This document shows, in pieces, positions 30,232 through 40,384 of a DNA stretch of 64,000 nt. The position numbers were made by a program, and so were the translations under genes. The stretch's first letter is position 1. Every line of letters starts with the position of its first letter. This DNA comes from an uncultured Pelagibacteraceae bacterium (lineage in GTDB: Bacteria > Pseudomonadota > Alphaproteobacteria > Pelagibacterales > AG-422-B15). The notes under the pieces were generated by a model. That model did not search any database and was not told where the DNA came from. It saw only the letters and a list, made by a program, of their open reading frames with translations. The stretch lies in NCBI GenBank assembly GCA_902590345.1, contig CACIWK010000002.1:30625-94624 (forward strand), given 5' to 3'.

Positions 30232-30884
30232 TGAAGCTGGTCGCTCTTTTCACCAGATAGATCAAATATATAAGATTGATACAATGCCTCTAGTGCGTGA
30301 CCTCTTGTAATTAATGTTTTAGCTTCAAGAAGAAGCTGCTTTTCTTCAGGAGTGAATGGTACAAGTATTCCCGAATAATTTATCAATTGCTCAGTTGGAG
30401 TTTGTTTAATAATCTCCCAATCAGCCAGAATTTTTCTATGCTCAAGATATCTTTTAACCAAAGCCAGAAGTTTCGATCGATCAATACCATCGCTATTTTG
30501 GCCTTCAGTATCAAACTTATAATTATCATAGTTAGCAAGAACTTGTCTGTAAGGTGTAGTTACATCCAATTCCTCATCAACTTCAAATCTTACAACCCCT
30601 GATAATGTAATAAGGTACCTGTTGTCCTCAGCTTCGTTAAATGAAGAAATACGACCAACACATCCAACTTTTTTAAGAGATTTATTTCCAGCTTCTTGAC
30701 TTTGTGAGGCCGGTTGTATCATTCCTAGTAATCTGCCGTGACTAGCCAATGCGTCATCAATCATTTGAACGTAACGAGGCTCGAAAATATTCAAAGGAAG
30801 CTGAGTCCCTGGAAAAAGTACGGCCCCTGTAAGAGGAAATATGGGGATTTTTCTGGAAAGATCCTGAATGTTAATTTTTTTCAT
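30228..30884 (-). CDS. Lon protease N-terminal (substrate-binding) domain protein
   Basis: IPIFPLTGAVLFPGTQLPLNIFEPRY, VGCVGRI and EKQLLLEA motifs. Start chosen at MKKI (ORF extends to 30947). Confidence 0.9.
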   Translation of the reverse strand: MKKINIQDLSRKIPIFPLTGAVLFPGTQLPLNIFEPRYVQMIDDALASHGRLLGMIQPASQSQEAGNKSLKKVGCVGRISSFNEAEDNRYLITLSGVVRFEVDEELDVTTPYRQVLANYDNYKFDTEGQNSDGIDRSKLLALVKRYLEHRKILADWEIIKQTPTEQLINYSGILVPFTPEEKQLLLEAKTLITRGHALEALYQSYIFDLSGEKSDQLH

Positions 30885-30977
30885 TACTTTATTAATAATA
30901 CAATAATTATCCTTGATATTAAATAATCCACTTATCTTGAAAAACAAGGGATTTTCTATTAGAAGCTTCTCTATTGT

Positions 30978-31052
30978 GCGAGTGTAGCTCAGTGGTAGAG
31001 CGAAACGTTGCCAACGTTTAGGTCGAGGGTTCGACTCCCTTCACTCGCTCCA
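30978..31052 (+). tRNA. tRNA-Gly (GCC)
   Basis: GCGAGTG/CACTCGC acceptor stem, TAGCTCAGTGGTAGAGC D-arm, AAACG-TTGCCAA-CGTTT anticodon arm, GAGGG-TTCGACT-CCCTT T-arm and an encoded CCA. Confidence 0.98.
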
Positions 31053-31092
31053 ACTGTTTGCTAGTTACTTCTATTTATAAGATACTATCTTT

Positions 31093-31908
31093 ATGAGATC
31101 AGTTTTAGTTGTCTTACATAAAATTAGTTTTTTTAAGAGAATAATTCCTTCTCTTTTAAGGCGTTTACCTTTTGTAAATTCTCTAAATGTAAAAATTGAA
31201 AACTTTAAGATTAATTTAAATTTAAGATCTACAATTGACAGATATATATTTTTAAATGGTTTCTATGATAAAGATAAAATCAGCTATCTTGAAAACCAAA
31301 TTGATTTGTCTGAATACGATTACTTTTTGGATATTGGTTCAAATATTGGTTTTTATTCTTTGTATCTTGCATCTAAATATAAAAATTTAGACATCTTTGC
31401 ATTTGAACCGATCCAAGAAAATTACTCTCAAATTGAAATAAGTAAAAATATTAATAACTTTAAAAAAATAAATATTCAAAAATATGCTCTTTCTAACAAA
31501 AAAGATGCAGTTACAATGTGGGTAACAGACTTAAATAAAAAAGGTGGATTTTCGATTAAAGATGAGAAAGATTTTAACAATGAAATAAATGTCAATAATT
31601 ACAATAAAGACAAAATACACAAACGCATTATTGAGTCAGAAATCTTTGATCAAAATTTTAGATTTGAAAATAAAAAAATATTTATCAAAATTGATGTCGA
31701 AAGACACGAGTTTCAGTGCCTAAATGGAATGGTATCCTTACTGAATGAAAATAATAACAAAATTTTTATTCAAATTGAAATCACAGACAGATATAAGGAG
31801 CTGGTACTAGGTTTCCTAGAAAAAATGCAATTTAAAGTAATTAAGACTTTAAAGGCCGATGGTAAGAACATTAGTTACGGTCACGATTATTATTTGAGTA
31901 ACTTTTAA
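31093..31908 (+). CDS. FkbM family methyltransferase
   Basis: FLDIGSNIGFYS, AFEP, YALS and IKIDVE motifs. Confidence 0.9.
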   Translation: MRSVLVVLHKISFFKRIIPSLLRRLPFVNSLNVKIENFKINLNLRSTIDRYIFLNGFYDKDKISYLENQIDLSEYDYFLDIGSNIGFYSLYLASKYKNLDIFAFEPIQENYSQIEISKNINNFKKINIQKYALSNKKDAVTMWVTDLNKKGGFSIKDEKDFNNEINVNNYNKDKIHKRIIESEIFDQNFRFENKKIFIKIDVERHEFQCLNGMVSLLNENNNKIFIQIEITDRYKELVLGFLEKMQFKVIKTLKADGKNISYGHDYYLSNF

Positions 31909-31962
31909 AATATAAATTTATTTTCAAATCTAAAATTTTGATCAAAGATTCTCTAGAAACAA

Positions 31963-32529
31963 TTAAACTTTTTGTAATATTATTTGGTAATTAGATTCAA
32001 ATTTTACTTCCCAAGCATTTTCAATAAAAAAAGTAAGAGATAATTCTGTTTTTTGCCCCTTATCATCTAACATTATCAAACCATTTGGATTCATTTTATT
32101 TATAGAAATTTGAGCTTCTTTCAGTTGGTGTTCATTTGCTCCTGGCATCTGACCATCTAACGAGTCAAGATATAAAATATCAATATTTTTCTCAAAAACG
32201 TCTAAAAATTCTATGCTGTCTGCAACTACAAGATTTGCTTCTAGATTATATTCTTTCAAAAATCTTGATGCGTTTTTGATGTTCTTTTGATCAATATCAC
32301 ATGACCAAAACTCCCCTTTCATAACTTTTGAATAATGTGCAAACATGATTGTACTCATTCCATCATCCCAATTTAATTTTGGTCTCAAGTAATAAAACTT
32401 TTCTTTACCTCTTGCTGTGCCAGTTTCAACTATATTTTTAAGTCCTCTTTCAGTAGCAGTTTTAAATAGTAATTCAAATGTATCTAATCTAACACCGAGT
32501 TTATCTCTATAAATATCAAACCACTTCAT
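31963..32529 (-). CDS. Class I SAM-dependent methyltransferase (Methyltransf_24-like)
   Basis: IVETGT, SCDID, DSIEFL, IDILYLDS and MLDD motifs. Confidence 0.72.
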   Translation of the reverse strand: MKWFDIYRDKLGVRLDTFELLFKTATERGLKNIVETGTARGKEKFYYLRPKLNWDDGMSTIMFAHYSKVMKGEFWSCDIDQKNIKNASRFLKEYNLEANLVVADSIEFLDVFEKNIDILYLDSLDGQMPGANEHQLKEAQISINKMNPNGLIMLDDKGQKTELSLTFFIENAWEVKFESNYQIILQKV

Positions 32530-32616
32530 AAAATTATCTTTTCATCATTCGGATTATTGTCAAATAAATTTAAAATGTATAATGCATGATTTAAATTTAA
32601 GTGTAAGCTTCATTAT

Positions 32617-33960
32617 ATGAGAGCTTCAAAACTAGGACGATATTCATGGACAATGTTTGATTGGGCTAATCAGCCTTTTTACACTTTGATTATGACTTTT
32701 GTATTTTCTGTCTACTTCACTGATGTTTTTATTGTTGGTGAAGATGGTGCTCAAAAATTAACGCTCACCCAGACAATTTCAGGACTGGCCATTGCTCTTT
32801 TGAGTCCAATTCTTGGATCCATTACAGATATAAAAGGAAATCGAAAACTTTTAATGGGAATAACATCAGCCTTGTTTGTACTTGGCATGGCGTTACTTTG
32901 GTATTCACCTCCAGGCGCTCCTGATGGTATTTGGCTTGTCATGTTTGGATTAATACTTGCATCTGCAATGGTTGGATTTTCCGAGGTCTTCAATAATTCA
33001 GTTCTAGCAACGATCGAAACTCCTGAGAACTCTGGTTGGTTAAGCGGCATGGGGTATGGTGTGGGATATATTGCTGGTCTCATTGCATTAATATTATTTT
33101 TAATAATATTAGTATGGCCCGGCGGTGAGACGGATAATTTGTATGGATTAAACACAAGTGAATATGAACATATCAGAATTGTCGGACCCCTTTGTGCAAT
33201 TTGGTATGCGGTGTTTATTGTTCCATTGTTTCTATTTACACCTGATCTCAAAAAAAAAGAAGTTACAGTTATAAATTCAATTAAAATTGGACTTACTAAT
33301 TTCATCAACACTTTCAAAGAAGCTAGAAAATATAAAAATATATTTACTTTTTTGATTACGAGAATGTTTTATCAAGATGCCCTTAATGCTTTATTTGTAG
33401 TTGGTGGTGTTTACGCAAGTCTTGTCGTTGGCATGTCACTCACACAGGTTTTAATACTTGGCATTATTTTAAATATCTTGTCAGGGCCAAGTTCAATTTA
33501 TGGCGGCTATTTAAATGATCTTATCGGTTCTAAAAATGTGATAAACTTATCTCTTTGGGGTTTGTTGGTTTCTGGACTATTAGGGCTTTCAATTGACAAG
33601 GATACGATATTTTATTTTTTTACAGTTAACGAATATTCGGCTGGAGTAGAAGAATTTACATTAGGAATATTTAATTCTGTAAGTCAAGTAACATATATTT
33701 GTGTTGTTATTGGTATCTCAATTTTTTATGGTCCCGCTCAAACTGCTTCACGAGCATTAATGGTAAAGCTTTCACCTCAGGAAAAGATGACCGAATTTTT
33801 TGGTCTTTATGCTTTTGCTGGAAAATCAACTGCATGGCTAGTTCCTGGATTGATGTCAATAATTCTAGCTTTCACTGGAAGTCTTCAATATGCAATGATT
33901 TCAATAGTTCTATTTAATTTAATTGGTATCTTAGGAATGTATTTTGTTTCGGAACAATGA
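32617..33960 (+). CDS. MFS transporter, UMF1/Atg22-like family
   Basis: SWTMFDWANQPF, SG.GYG.GY and QTASRALM...EFFGLYAFAGK motifs; about 12 TM segments. Confidence 0.9.
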   Translation: MRASKLGRYSWTMFDWANQPFYTLIMTFVFSVYFTDVFIVGEDGAQKLTLTQTISGLAIALLSPILGSITDIKGNRKLLMGITSALFVLGMALLWYSPPGAPDGIWLVMFGLILASAMVGFSEVFNNSVLATIETPENSGWLSGMGYGVGYIAGLIALILFLIILVWPGGETDNLYGLNTSEYEHIRIVGPLCAIWYAVFIVPLFLFTPDLKKKEVTVINSIKIGLTNFINTFKEARKYKNIFTFLITRMFYQDALNALFVVGGVYASLVVGMSLTQVLILGIILNILSGPSSIYGGYLNDLIGSKNVINLSLWGLLVSGLLGLSIDKDTIFYFFTVNEYSAGVEEFTLGIFNSVSQVTYICVVIGISIFYGPAQTASRALMVKLSPQEKMTEFFGLYAFAGKSTAWLVPGLMSIILAFTGSLQYAMISIVLFNLIGILGMYFVSEQ

Positions 33961-34449
33961 TTAGCAAATATCTTCAGTTTGTATCTTCTACAAAATCTCA
34001 AATTTTCATTTTTATATTACTTAACATCTGTGGTCTTATTTTTTTTTCTACCACACAATATTTTCTCAAATATGCTTGATCTCAAGTTTTTTTACAATGA
34101 GGATATTGTTATCAAAAATTTCAATGCAATAGGTACTGACGGTCGAAGTGTTTATGTTCTTTCTTCACTTCTACTCGATACAATTTATCCCATTTTATAT
34201 ACATCATTATTTCTAGGAGCTTACGTAAAGCTATTTAAAAGTTATCAAATAATTTTATTTTTACCTTTAACAGCCTTCAGTTTTGATATTTTAGAGAATA
34301 TTCAGATTTCAATGCTAAATTTAAACTTCCCTAATATTAATGAAAATCATGTTTATTTATCAAGTATGGCTACTTCCGCTAAATGGATTGCTATTTTAGT
34401 TGCAATTCTCGCGTTATTTTATGGAATAATAAAAAGGCAAAAAAAATAG
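33957..34449 (+). CDS. Hypothetical membrane protein, probably frameshifted at a T9 run (34039-34047)
   Basis: Downstream frame (ORF 33979-34449) has LDLKFFY, GRSVY...LDTIYP and FDILEN. ATG 33957 overlaps the MFS stop and joins this frame if one T is removed. Confidence 0.65.
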
Positions 34450-34457
34450 ATTTTTAA

Positions 34458-35207
34458 ATGTTCAAAAAAAAAATTCAGAAATTAAAAAAAAGTTTTTTAA
34501 GACGGTTCTTATTCTTAATTAAAAGAGAAAAATTATTATTCAAACTGAATGATATTGAACTTAATCTTGATATAAGAGACTCGATTGACCGTGAAATTTT
34601 CTTTACGGGTTATTACGAGGAAAAACAGATTCAATACTTAATAGAAAATATAAATAAGCATAATATAAAACGCTTTATCGATGTTGGTGCGAACATAGGA
34701 GTTTATGCTCTAACAATAGCAAACAGTATTCCAAATGTAACTATTGATGCTTTTGAACCGCATAAGGGAGCTTTTGAACGAATGGAAGTGAATGTTATGC
34801 GAAACAATTTTTCGAATATTATTAAATGCCATAACCTTGCTTTATCCAATGAGAATAAAGAGGGTTATCTTTTTGCAAGTTCGAGATTTGGAGAGTATCA
34901 ATCTGGTGGTGCAAAATTAAGTTCTGAAGGAAAGATGAAAATAAAGCAAGTATGTGGAGACAATGTACTAAAGGATGTAAATGAAACAATTGCAATAAAA
35001 GTAGATGTAGAGGGACTAGAATTATTGGTTCTAGAAGGACTTGTAAACTTAATTAAAAATAATCGTATTTTTTTACAAATAGAAATTTTTGATCAAGAGT
35101 TTGTGAAAACCTCTAGTTTTCTTAAAGAACACAATTTTAAATTAATTGAAAAGGGAACATTCACTCACCAAGAAACAGTTAAGGACTATTTTTATACTAA
35201 TTTTTAG
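34458..35207 (+). CDS. FkbM family methyltransferase
   Basis: FIDVGANIGVYA, AFEP, LALSN and IKVDVEGLE motifs. Confidence 0.92.
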   Translation: MFKKKIQKLKKSFLRRFLFLIKREKLLFKLNDIELNLDIRDSIDREIFFTGYYEEKQIQYLIENINKHNIKRFIDVGANIGVYALTIANSIPNVTIDAFEPHKGAFERMEVNVMRNNFSNIIKCHNLALSNENKEGYLFASSRFGEYQSGGAKLSSEGKMKIKQVCGDNVLKDVNETIAIKVDVEGLELLVLEGLVNLIKNNRIFLQIEIFDQEFVKTSSFLKEHNFKLIEKGTFTHQETVKDYFYTNF

Positions 35208-36769
35208 TGTCTGAAGTGTCTTACCCCTGTAAATACCATTGAAATACCTGCTTTATTTGCAGCCTCAATAACCTCATCATCTTTAACAGAGCCTCCAGGT
35301 TGAATGACTGCTTTTGCTCCAGATGAAATTGTAACAAGCAGTCCATCAGCAAATGGAAAAAATGCATCCGATGCAACCACTGAATTTTCAAGCGAGTTTT
35401 CTTCAGACTTTTCCATTTCACTATTTTTTTGCGAGGCAATTTTAGCGCTATCAACTCTGCTCATCTGTCCAGCGCCAATACCAATTGTTTTTTTATTTTT
35501 GACATAAATTATAGCGTTTGATTTTACATGTTTACAAACTTTAAATGCAAACAACATATCTTCGACTTCATTTTCGCTTGGTTTTTTTTCTGTGACTACT
35601 TTTAGATCAGATTTAGTTGTATTTGCTTCGTCATTTGATTGAACTAAAATTCCTCCTTCAATACTTTTGTAGTTTTGAGAATTATTATTTTTTTGTATTG
35701 ATGATAAAGTCAAAACTCGTAAATTATTTTTCGATTTAAAAACTTCCTTAGCTTCATCACTTACATCAGGCGCTATAATAACTTCAGTAAATATTTTTAT
35801 AATCTCAGAGGCTGTTTCTTTATCGATTGTTTGGTTAAGTGCGATGATACCTCCAAATGCACTAGTTGTATCACAGGATAGTGCTTTCATATACGCTTCA
35901 CACAGTGACACCCCGCTAGCAACACCGCAAGGATTTGCATGTTTGATAATTGCAACACTAGGAGTGTCTTCATCAAATTCTTTAATTAACTGTAAAGCTG
36001 CGTCAGCATCATTAATATTATTATAACTCAACTCTTTTCCTTGAAGTAGCTTTGTATGCGGTATCCCTGATTGTTGCATTGATGACTTATAGAGACTTGC
36101 TGACTGATGAGGATTTTCACCGTAGCGAAGTGTAGAAGATAATTCCGCAGAAGCTGAAAACATTTTAATTGATTCCTCTGTATTTCTGTGAAACCAATTA
36201 CTGATTAAAGAGTCGTAATAAGCAGTGGTCGAAAATGTTTTTGCGGCAAGTTTCTTTCTTAATTTTAATGTGGTTGAACCATTGTTTTTATTGATCTCAT
36301 TAATAAGCTCATCGTAATCGCTAATATCAGTAACTACGGTGACAAATTGATGATTTTTAGCCGCTGATCGCAGCATTGCCGGGCCACCAATATCAATATT
36401 TTCTATACAAATTTCCTCATTTTTCTCTGATTTTATCGTTTCTTCGAAGGGGTAAAGATTTACAATTATTAAGTCAATGTCTTCTATGTCATGATTCTTT
36501 TGAGACTGAACATGGTCTTTGTCATCTCTTTTTGAAAGTAAACCACCGTGCACATTTGGATGTAATGTTTTTACACGTCCATCCATCATTTCTGGGAAAT
36601 TGGTTAAAGAGGATACATCCGTTACGTCAATACCCATGTCAGCAATTGATTTTGCCGTACCACCCGTTGAAACTATTTTAATATCATGTTCCTTGAGCGA
36701 TCGAACAACTTTTTCTAAACCTGATTTATCTGAAACAGATATCAGTGCAGTTTTAATTTTTATATCCAA
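35204..36769 (-). CDS. purH: Bifunctional AICAR formyltransferase/IMP cyclohydrolase
   Basis: ALISVSDK, GRVKTLHP, IDIGGP, LRYGENPHQ, ASDAFFPF and C-terminal RHFRH. Confidence 0.99.
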   Translation of the reverse strand: MDIKIKTALISVSDKSGLEKVVRSLKEHDIKIVSTGGTAKSIADMGIDVTDVSSLTNFPEMMDGRVKTLHPNVHGGLLSKRDDKDHVQSQKNHDIEDIDLIIVNLYPFEETIKSEKNEEICIENIDIGGPAMLRSAAKNHQFVTVVTDISDYDELINEINKNNGSTTLKLRKKLAAKTFSTTAYYDSLISNWFHRNTEESIKMFSASAELSSTLRYGENPHQSASLYKSSMQQSGIPHTKLLQGKELSYNNINDADAALQLIKEFDEDTPSVAIIKHANPCGVASGVSLCEAYMKALSCDTTSAFGGIIALNQTIDKETASEIIKIFTEVIIAPDVSDEAKEVFKSKNNLRVLTLSSIQKNNNSQNYKSIEGGILVQSNDEANTTKSDLKVVTEKKPSENEVEDMLFAFKVCKHVKSNAIIYVKNKKTIGIGAGQMSRVDSAKIASQKNSEMEKSEENSLENSVVASDAFFPFADGLLVTISSGAKAVIQPGGSVKDDEVIEAANKAGISMVFTGVRHFRH

Positions 36770-36770
36770 C

Positions 36771-37427
36771 TCAATGGCCTCTTAGTTTTTCAATGTTATT
36801 TGCATACTCACTCGGGCCACCTTTAAAAGTTGTGGTACCTGCCACAATCATATTGGCTCCAGCATCAATTACAGATTGCACGTTATCAAAGTTAATACCG
36901 CCATCGATTTCTAGATCAATTTCTCTACCAGACTTATTTATTTCTTCTCTAAGTTTTGATAATTTATCCAAAGCAGTTGGAATAAATTTCTGACCGCCAA
37001 AACCTGGATAAACACTCATGACTAAAATGAGATCAAGTTTGTCCATAAAAGGTCTAACAACTTCCCATTCTGTATCCGGATTAATGGCCATTCCCGCTTT
37101 CACATTTAAAGATTTAATTTTGCTTAAACATGCTTCTGTATCATCATTTGCCTCTGGGTGAACTGAAACAATGTCTGCTCCAGCTTCAACAAATTTTTCA
37201 ATATAAGGTTGTACAGGATCGATCATTAAATGAACATCGAAAGGCAATGAAGATTTATCTCTTATAGACTTAACAACATCTGGACCTATTGTGAGATTGG
37301 GTACAAAGTGTCCGTCCATTACGTCAACGTGTATATAGTCAGCTCCGGCTTGAGTGATATTAACGACTTCATCTCCTAATGATGAAAAGTCTGATGCTAG
37401 TATAGAAGGTGATATTTTAACCGACAT
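36771..37427 (-). CDS. rpe: Ribulose-phosphate 3-epimerase
   Basis: SPSILA, HVDVMDGHFVPN, DVHLM, MSV.PGFGGQKF and EIDGG motifs. Confidence 0.98.
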   Translation of the reverse strand: MSVKISPSILASDFSSLGDEVVNITQAGADYIHVDVMDGHFVPNLTIGPDVVKSIRDKSSLPFDVHLMIDPVQPYIEKFVEAGADIVSVHPEANDDTEACLSKIKSLNVKAGMAINPDTEWEVVRPFMDKLDLILVMSVYPGFGGQKFIPTALDKLSKLREEINKSGREIDLEIDGGINFDNVQSVIDAGANMIVAGTTTFKGGPSEYANNIEKLRGH

Positions 37428-37524
37428 TATTGTGAAGCATTATTTCCCTGTATAACAGAAAGGTTTCTCGTTTCCCACTATTTTCATACTTTGATTAGCG
37501 ATAAATAGAGATTACATTATATAT

Positions 37525-37680
37525 ATGAACGATAAAAAAACAGAAGCTGTCGAAAACAAACAAGTCAAGAAAACTGACTCCAAATTACCTAAAAAGAAAA
37601 AAGAAATAGGCGGTGCAGATGGTCCAGAGCCGACCCGTTTTGGAGACTGGGAAAAAAAAGGAATTACATCAGATTTTTAG
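37525..37680 (+). CDS. DUF1674 / SDHAF4-like small protein (51 aa; not in the supplied ORF track)
   Basis: Hand translation MNDKKTEAVENKQVKKTDSKLPKKKKEIGGADGPEPTRFGDWEKKGITSDF; EIGG..GPEPTR.GDWE.KG..SDF is the family signature. Confidence 0.92.
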   Translation: MNDKKTEAVENKQVKKTDSKLPKKKKEIGGADGPEPTRFGDWEKKGITSDF

Positions 37681-37758
37681 CTTTAATTGACTTATATTAT
37701 TTTAGGGTTCCCTTATATTTAACATTGCAAAATAAATTAGTTGTTTTATGGATTAATT

Positions 37759-37978
37759 ATGGAAAATTCTGAAGTTATAAAAATAATTGAAAATCTTAAA
37801 GGACGAAGGTCTTACGAAGAAAAGAGAGCGGCAAAATTAGGATTTGCTTCTCTTCATGAATATATCGAAGATAAGATTCAAAAAAAAACAATTAGCTGAA
37901 AAAAATCTTGAAGAAACCAAGTGTGAAACTTCAAAAGTTGATAGTCAATCTAACAACAAAAGTTGTGGCTGCTGCTAA
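37759..37978 (+). pseudogene. Small hypothetical protein ending in -SCGCC, frameshifted at an A9 run (37880-37888)
   Basis: As given, a 46-aa ORF stops at 37899. Removing one A gives a 72-aa ORF ending ...SQSNNKSCGCC-stop at 37978. Confidence 0.65.
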
Positions 37979-38008
37979 ATTGGTACCCTTTGATTTGTAG
38001 ATTTATAA

Positions 38009-38425
38009 TCAAAGTTTATGATTAAGTTTAGATGGCTTCCAATCTTTTGGTGCCAGTTCTAAATCTTCAAATTCAAAAGCGGGTGCGACTGTGCATCCAA
38101 TTAAGCTATACGCTCCAGTTGATTTCAAAGCAAACCAAGTTCCTTTTTCTACAGTGTATATAAAATTATTATTAGATCCTATCTCATTAATTTGGTATTC
38201 CTCACCGTCTTTTGATGTGTATACGTTTAAAGGACTGCCTGAATAAAAATGTAAAGTTTCAGTTTTTGTTATTCTGTGCCAGTGTGAGTTTTCGTGCGCT
38301 TCAAGTAAAAAATATATATGAGTGACATCATCATTTCTAAAAATCTCAACATAATGACCTCCCTCAGGATGTGGGGTCATTTTGTGTTCTTCAATTAAGG
38401 CTTTAACAATACTTCTATCACTCAC
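38009..38425 (-). CDS. Cupin_5 (DUF985) domain protein
   Basis: PHPEGGHY.E, IYFLL, SHWHR and GCTVAPAFEFEDLE motifs. Confidence 0.9.
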   Translation of the reverse strand: MSDRSIVKALIEEHKMTPHPEGGHYVEIFRNDDVTHIYFLLEAHENSHWHRITKTETLHFYSGSPLNVYTSKDGEEYQINEIGSNNNFIYTVEKGTWFALKSTGAYSLIGCTVAPAFEFEDLELAPKDWKPSKLNHKL

Positions 38426-38431
38426 AAGAAA

Positions 38432-40372
38432 CTACTTGTTCATTCGATTGTCGATCAAATCATCGACTACTGCTGGTTCGGCTAAAGTAGATGTATCGCC
38501 TAGATTGCTGTATTCATTTTCTGCAATTTTTCTTAAAATTCTTCTCATGATTTTTCCTGATCGAGTTTTTGGAAGACCCGGTGCCCACTGTATTAGATCA
38601 GGTGATGCGATTGGACCAATTTCTTTTCGAACCCATGCAACAAGTTCTTTATATAATTCATCTGAAGTTTCTTCACCTGCATTGAGCGTAACATATGCAT
38701 AGATGCCTTGTCCTTTTATATCATGAGGATAACCAACTACCGCTGCTTCACTGACTTTAGGATGAGCAACAAGAGCTGACTCAACTTCTGCTGTTCCCAT
38801 TCTGTGGCCAGATACATTTATCACATCATCCACTCTTCCAGTTATCCAGTAATAACCATCCTCATCTCTTCTACAGCCATCACCTGTAAAATATTTTCCA
38901 TCGAATTGAGAAAAATATGTTTCAATGAATCTTTTATGATCTCCGTAAACTGTTCTCATTTGTCCAGGCCAAGAGTCTGCTAAACAAAGAGAACCTTCGC
39001 AAGCGCCTTCAAGAATTTTTCCCTCTGCATCTAAAATTTCAGGTTTGACACCAAAGAAAGGCTTAGTTGCTGAGCCTGGTTTTTGTGCAATTGCACCAGG
39101 AAGAGGAGTAATTAAAATACCGCCTGTTTCAGTTTGCCACCATGTATCAACAATTGGACATTTTTTGTCACCAACAACATTATAATACCACATCCACGCT
39201 TCCGGATTTATTGGCTCTCCAACTGTCCCAAGTAATTTAAGTGACGACCTGCTTGTTTTTTTTACAGGATCTTCGCCTTCTCTCATTAGCGCCCTAATTG
39301 CAGTTGGTGCGGTATAGAAAATATTAATTTTGTGTTTATCGACCACTTCCCAAAATCTTGAGGCACTTGGATAGTTTGGAACACCTTCAAACATAACAGT
39401 GATAGCTCCATTTGCTAGCGGGCCATATACAATGTAGCTGTGTCCCGTAACCCAACCTACATCTGCTGTGCACCAATAAACATCACCCTCTTTATAATCA
39501 AAGACATATTGATGTGTCATCGAGGCATAAACCATATAACCACCAGTTGTGTGCATAACCCCTTTTGGTTTCCCAGTTGATCCGGATGTATATAATATAA
39601 AGAGAGGATCTTCTGCTGACATTTCTTCTGGGGGACAATCATCAGATTCTTTTTCAGTCAATTCGTGATACCAAACATCTCTATCGTCGACCCAGCCAAT
39701 ATCTCCACCTGTTCTTTTAACAACAATGCAATGACGTACTCCTCCTGAAATCGAAATTGCTTCATCTGTATTTTTCTTTAATGGAATTGCTTTACCACCT
39801 CTTACTCCCTCATCTGCAGTGATCACTATATCTGATTTACAATCACTAATTCTTCCGGCGAGAGAGTCTGGAGAAAACCCACCAAATACAACAGAGTGAA
39901 TAGCACCAATCCTTGTACACGCCAGCATTGCATAAGCTGCTTCTGGAATCATTGGCATATAAATAGTTACACGGTCACCTTTTTTAACTCCAAGAGATTT
40001 CATGCCGTTAGCAAGTTTTGATACTTCACTGTGTAATTCTTTATAAGTTATATGTTTTGAGTCTGCTGGATCATCGCCTTCCCAAATGATTGCAGTTTGA
40101 TCTGCTTTATCTTTTAAATGTCGATCAATACAGTTGCTTGATGCGTTGAGTGTACCGTCGTAGTACCACTTGATTGAGAAATTATCCTTATTGTAAGAAA
40201 CATCTTTTACTTTTGTATATGGTTTAATCCAATCAATTCTTTTGCCGTGTTCATTCCAAAATTCTTCATTGTTATCAAGAGAATTTTCATACCATTCATT
40301 ATATTTGTCCTTATTAATTTGAGCTTCTGCAGACCATTCACTGCTCACTTCAAACTTTTCATTTTCACTCAT
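38432..40372 (-). CDS. acs: Acetyl-CoA synthetase
   Basis: [32 protein letters not shown] and [12 protein letters not shown] motifs. Confidence 0.98.
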   Translation of the reverse strand: MSENEKFEVSSEWSAEAQINKDKYNEWYENSLDNNEEFWNEHGKRIDWIKPYTKVKDVSYNKDNFSIKWYYDGTLNASSNCIDRHLKDKADQTAIIWEGDDPADSKHITYKELHSEVSKLANGMKSLGVKKGDRVTIYMPMIPEAAYAMLACTRIGAIHSVVFGGFSPDSLAGRISDCKSDIVITADEGVRGGKAIPLKKNTDEAISISGGVRHCIVVKRTGGDIGWVDDRDVWYHELTEKESDDCPPEEMSAEDPLFILYTSGSTGKPKGVMHTTGGYMVYASMTHQYVFDYKEGDVYWCTADVGWVTGHSYIVYGPLANGAITVMFEGVPNYPSASRFWEVVDKHKINIFYTAPTAIRALMREGEDPVKKTSRSSLKLLGTVGEPINPEAWMWYYNVVGDKKCPIVDTWWQTETGGILITPLPGAIAQKPGSATKPFFGVKPEILDAEGKILEGACEGSLCLADSWPGQMRTVYGDHKRFIETYFSQFDGKYFTGDGCRRDEDGYYWITGRVDDVINVSGHRMGTAEVESALVAHPKVSEAAVVGYPHDIKGQGIYAYVTLNAGEETSDELYKELVAWVRKEIGPIASPDLIQWAPGLPKTRSGKIMRRILRKIAENEYSNLGDTSTLAEPAVVDDLIDNRMNK

Positions 40373-40384
40373 AAGAAAATTATC

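Noticed and set aside
32751-33317. 188-aa antisense ORF inside the MFS gene
   Set aside because: It is a shadow frame of a hydrophobic membrane gene, with no recognisable motifs.
34464-34473. A10 run just after the start of the second FkbM gene as a phase-variation tract
   Set aside because: It is in frame, and A8-A9 runs also occur in frame in other genes here (e.g. the regulator at 24053, the MFS gene and hemD), so it is not distinctive.
30978-35207. Integrative element or prophage at tRNA-Gly
   Set aside because: No integrase, phage genes or duplicated tRNA 3' end (att site) seen.
37428-37524. 15-aa minus-strand uORF (MKIVGNEKPFCYTGK) upstream of rpe
   Set aside because: No SD, attenuator structure or regulatory codon run; likely chance.
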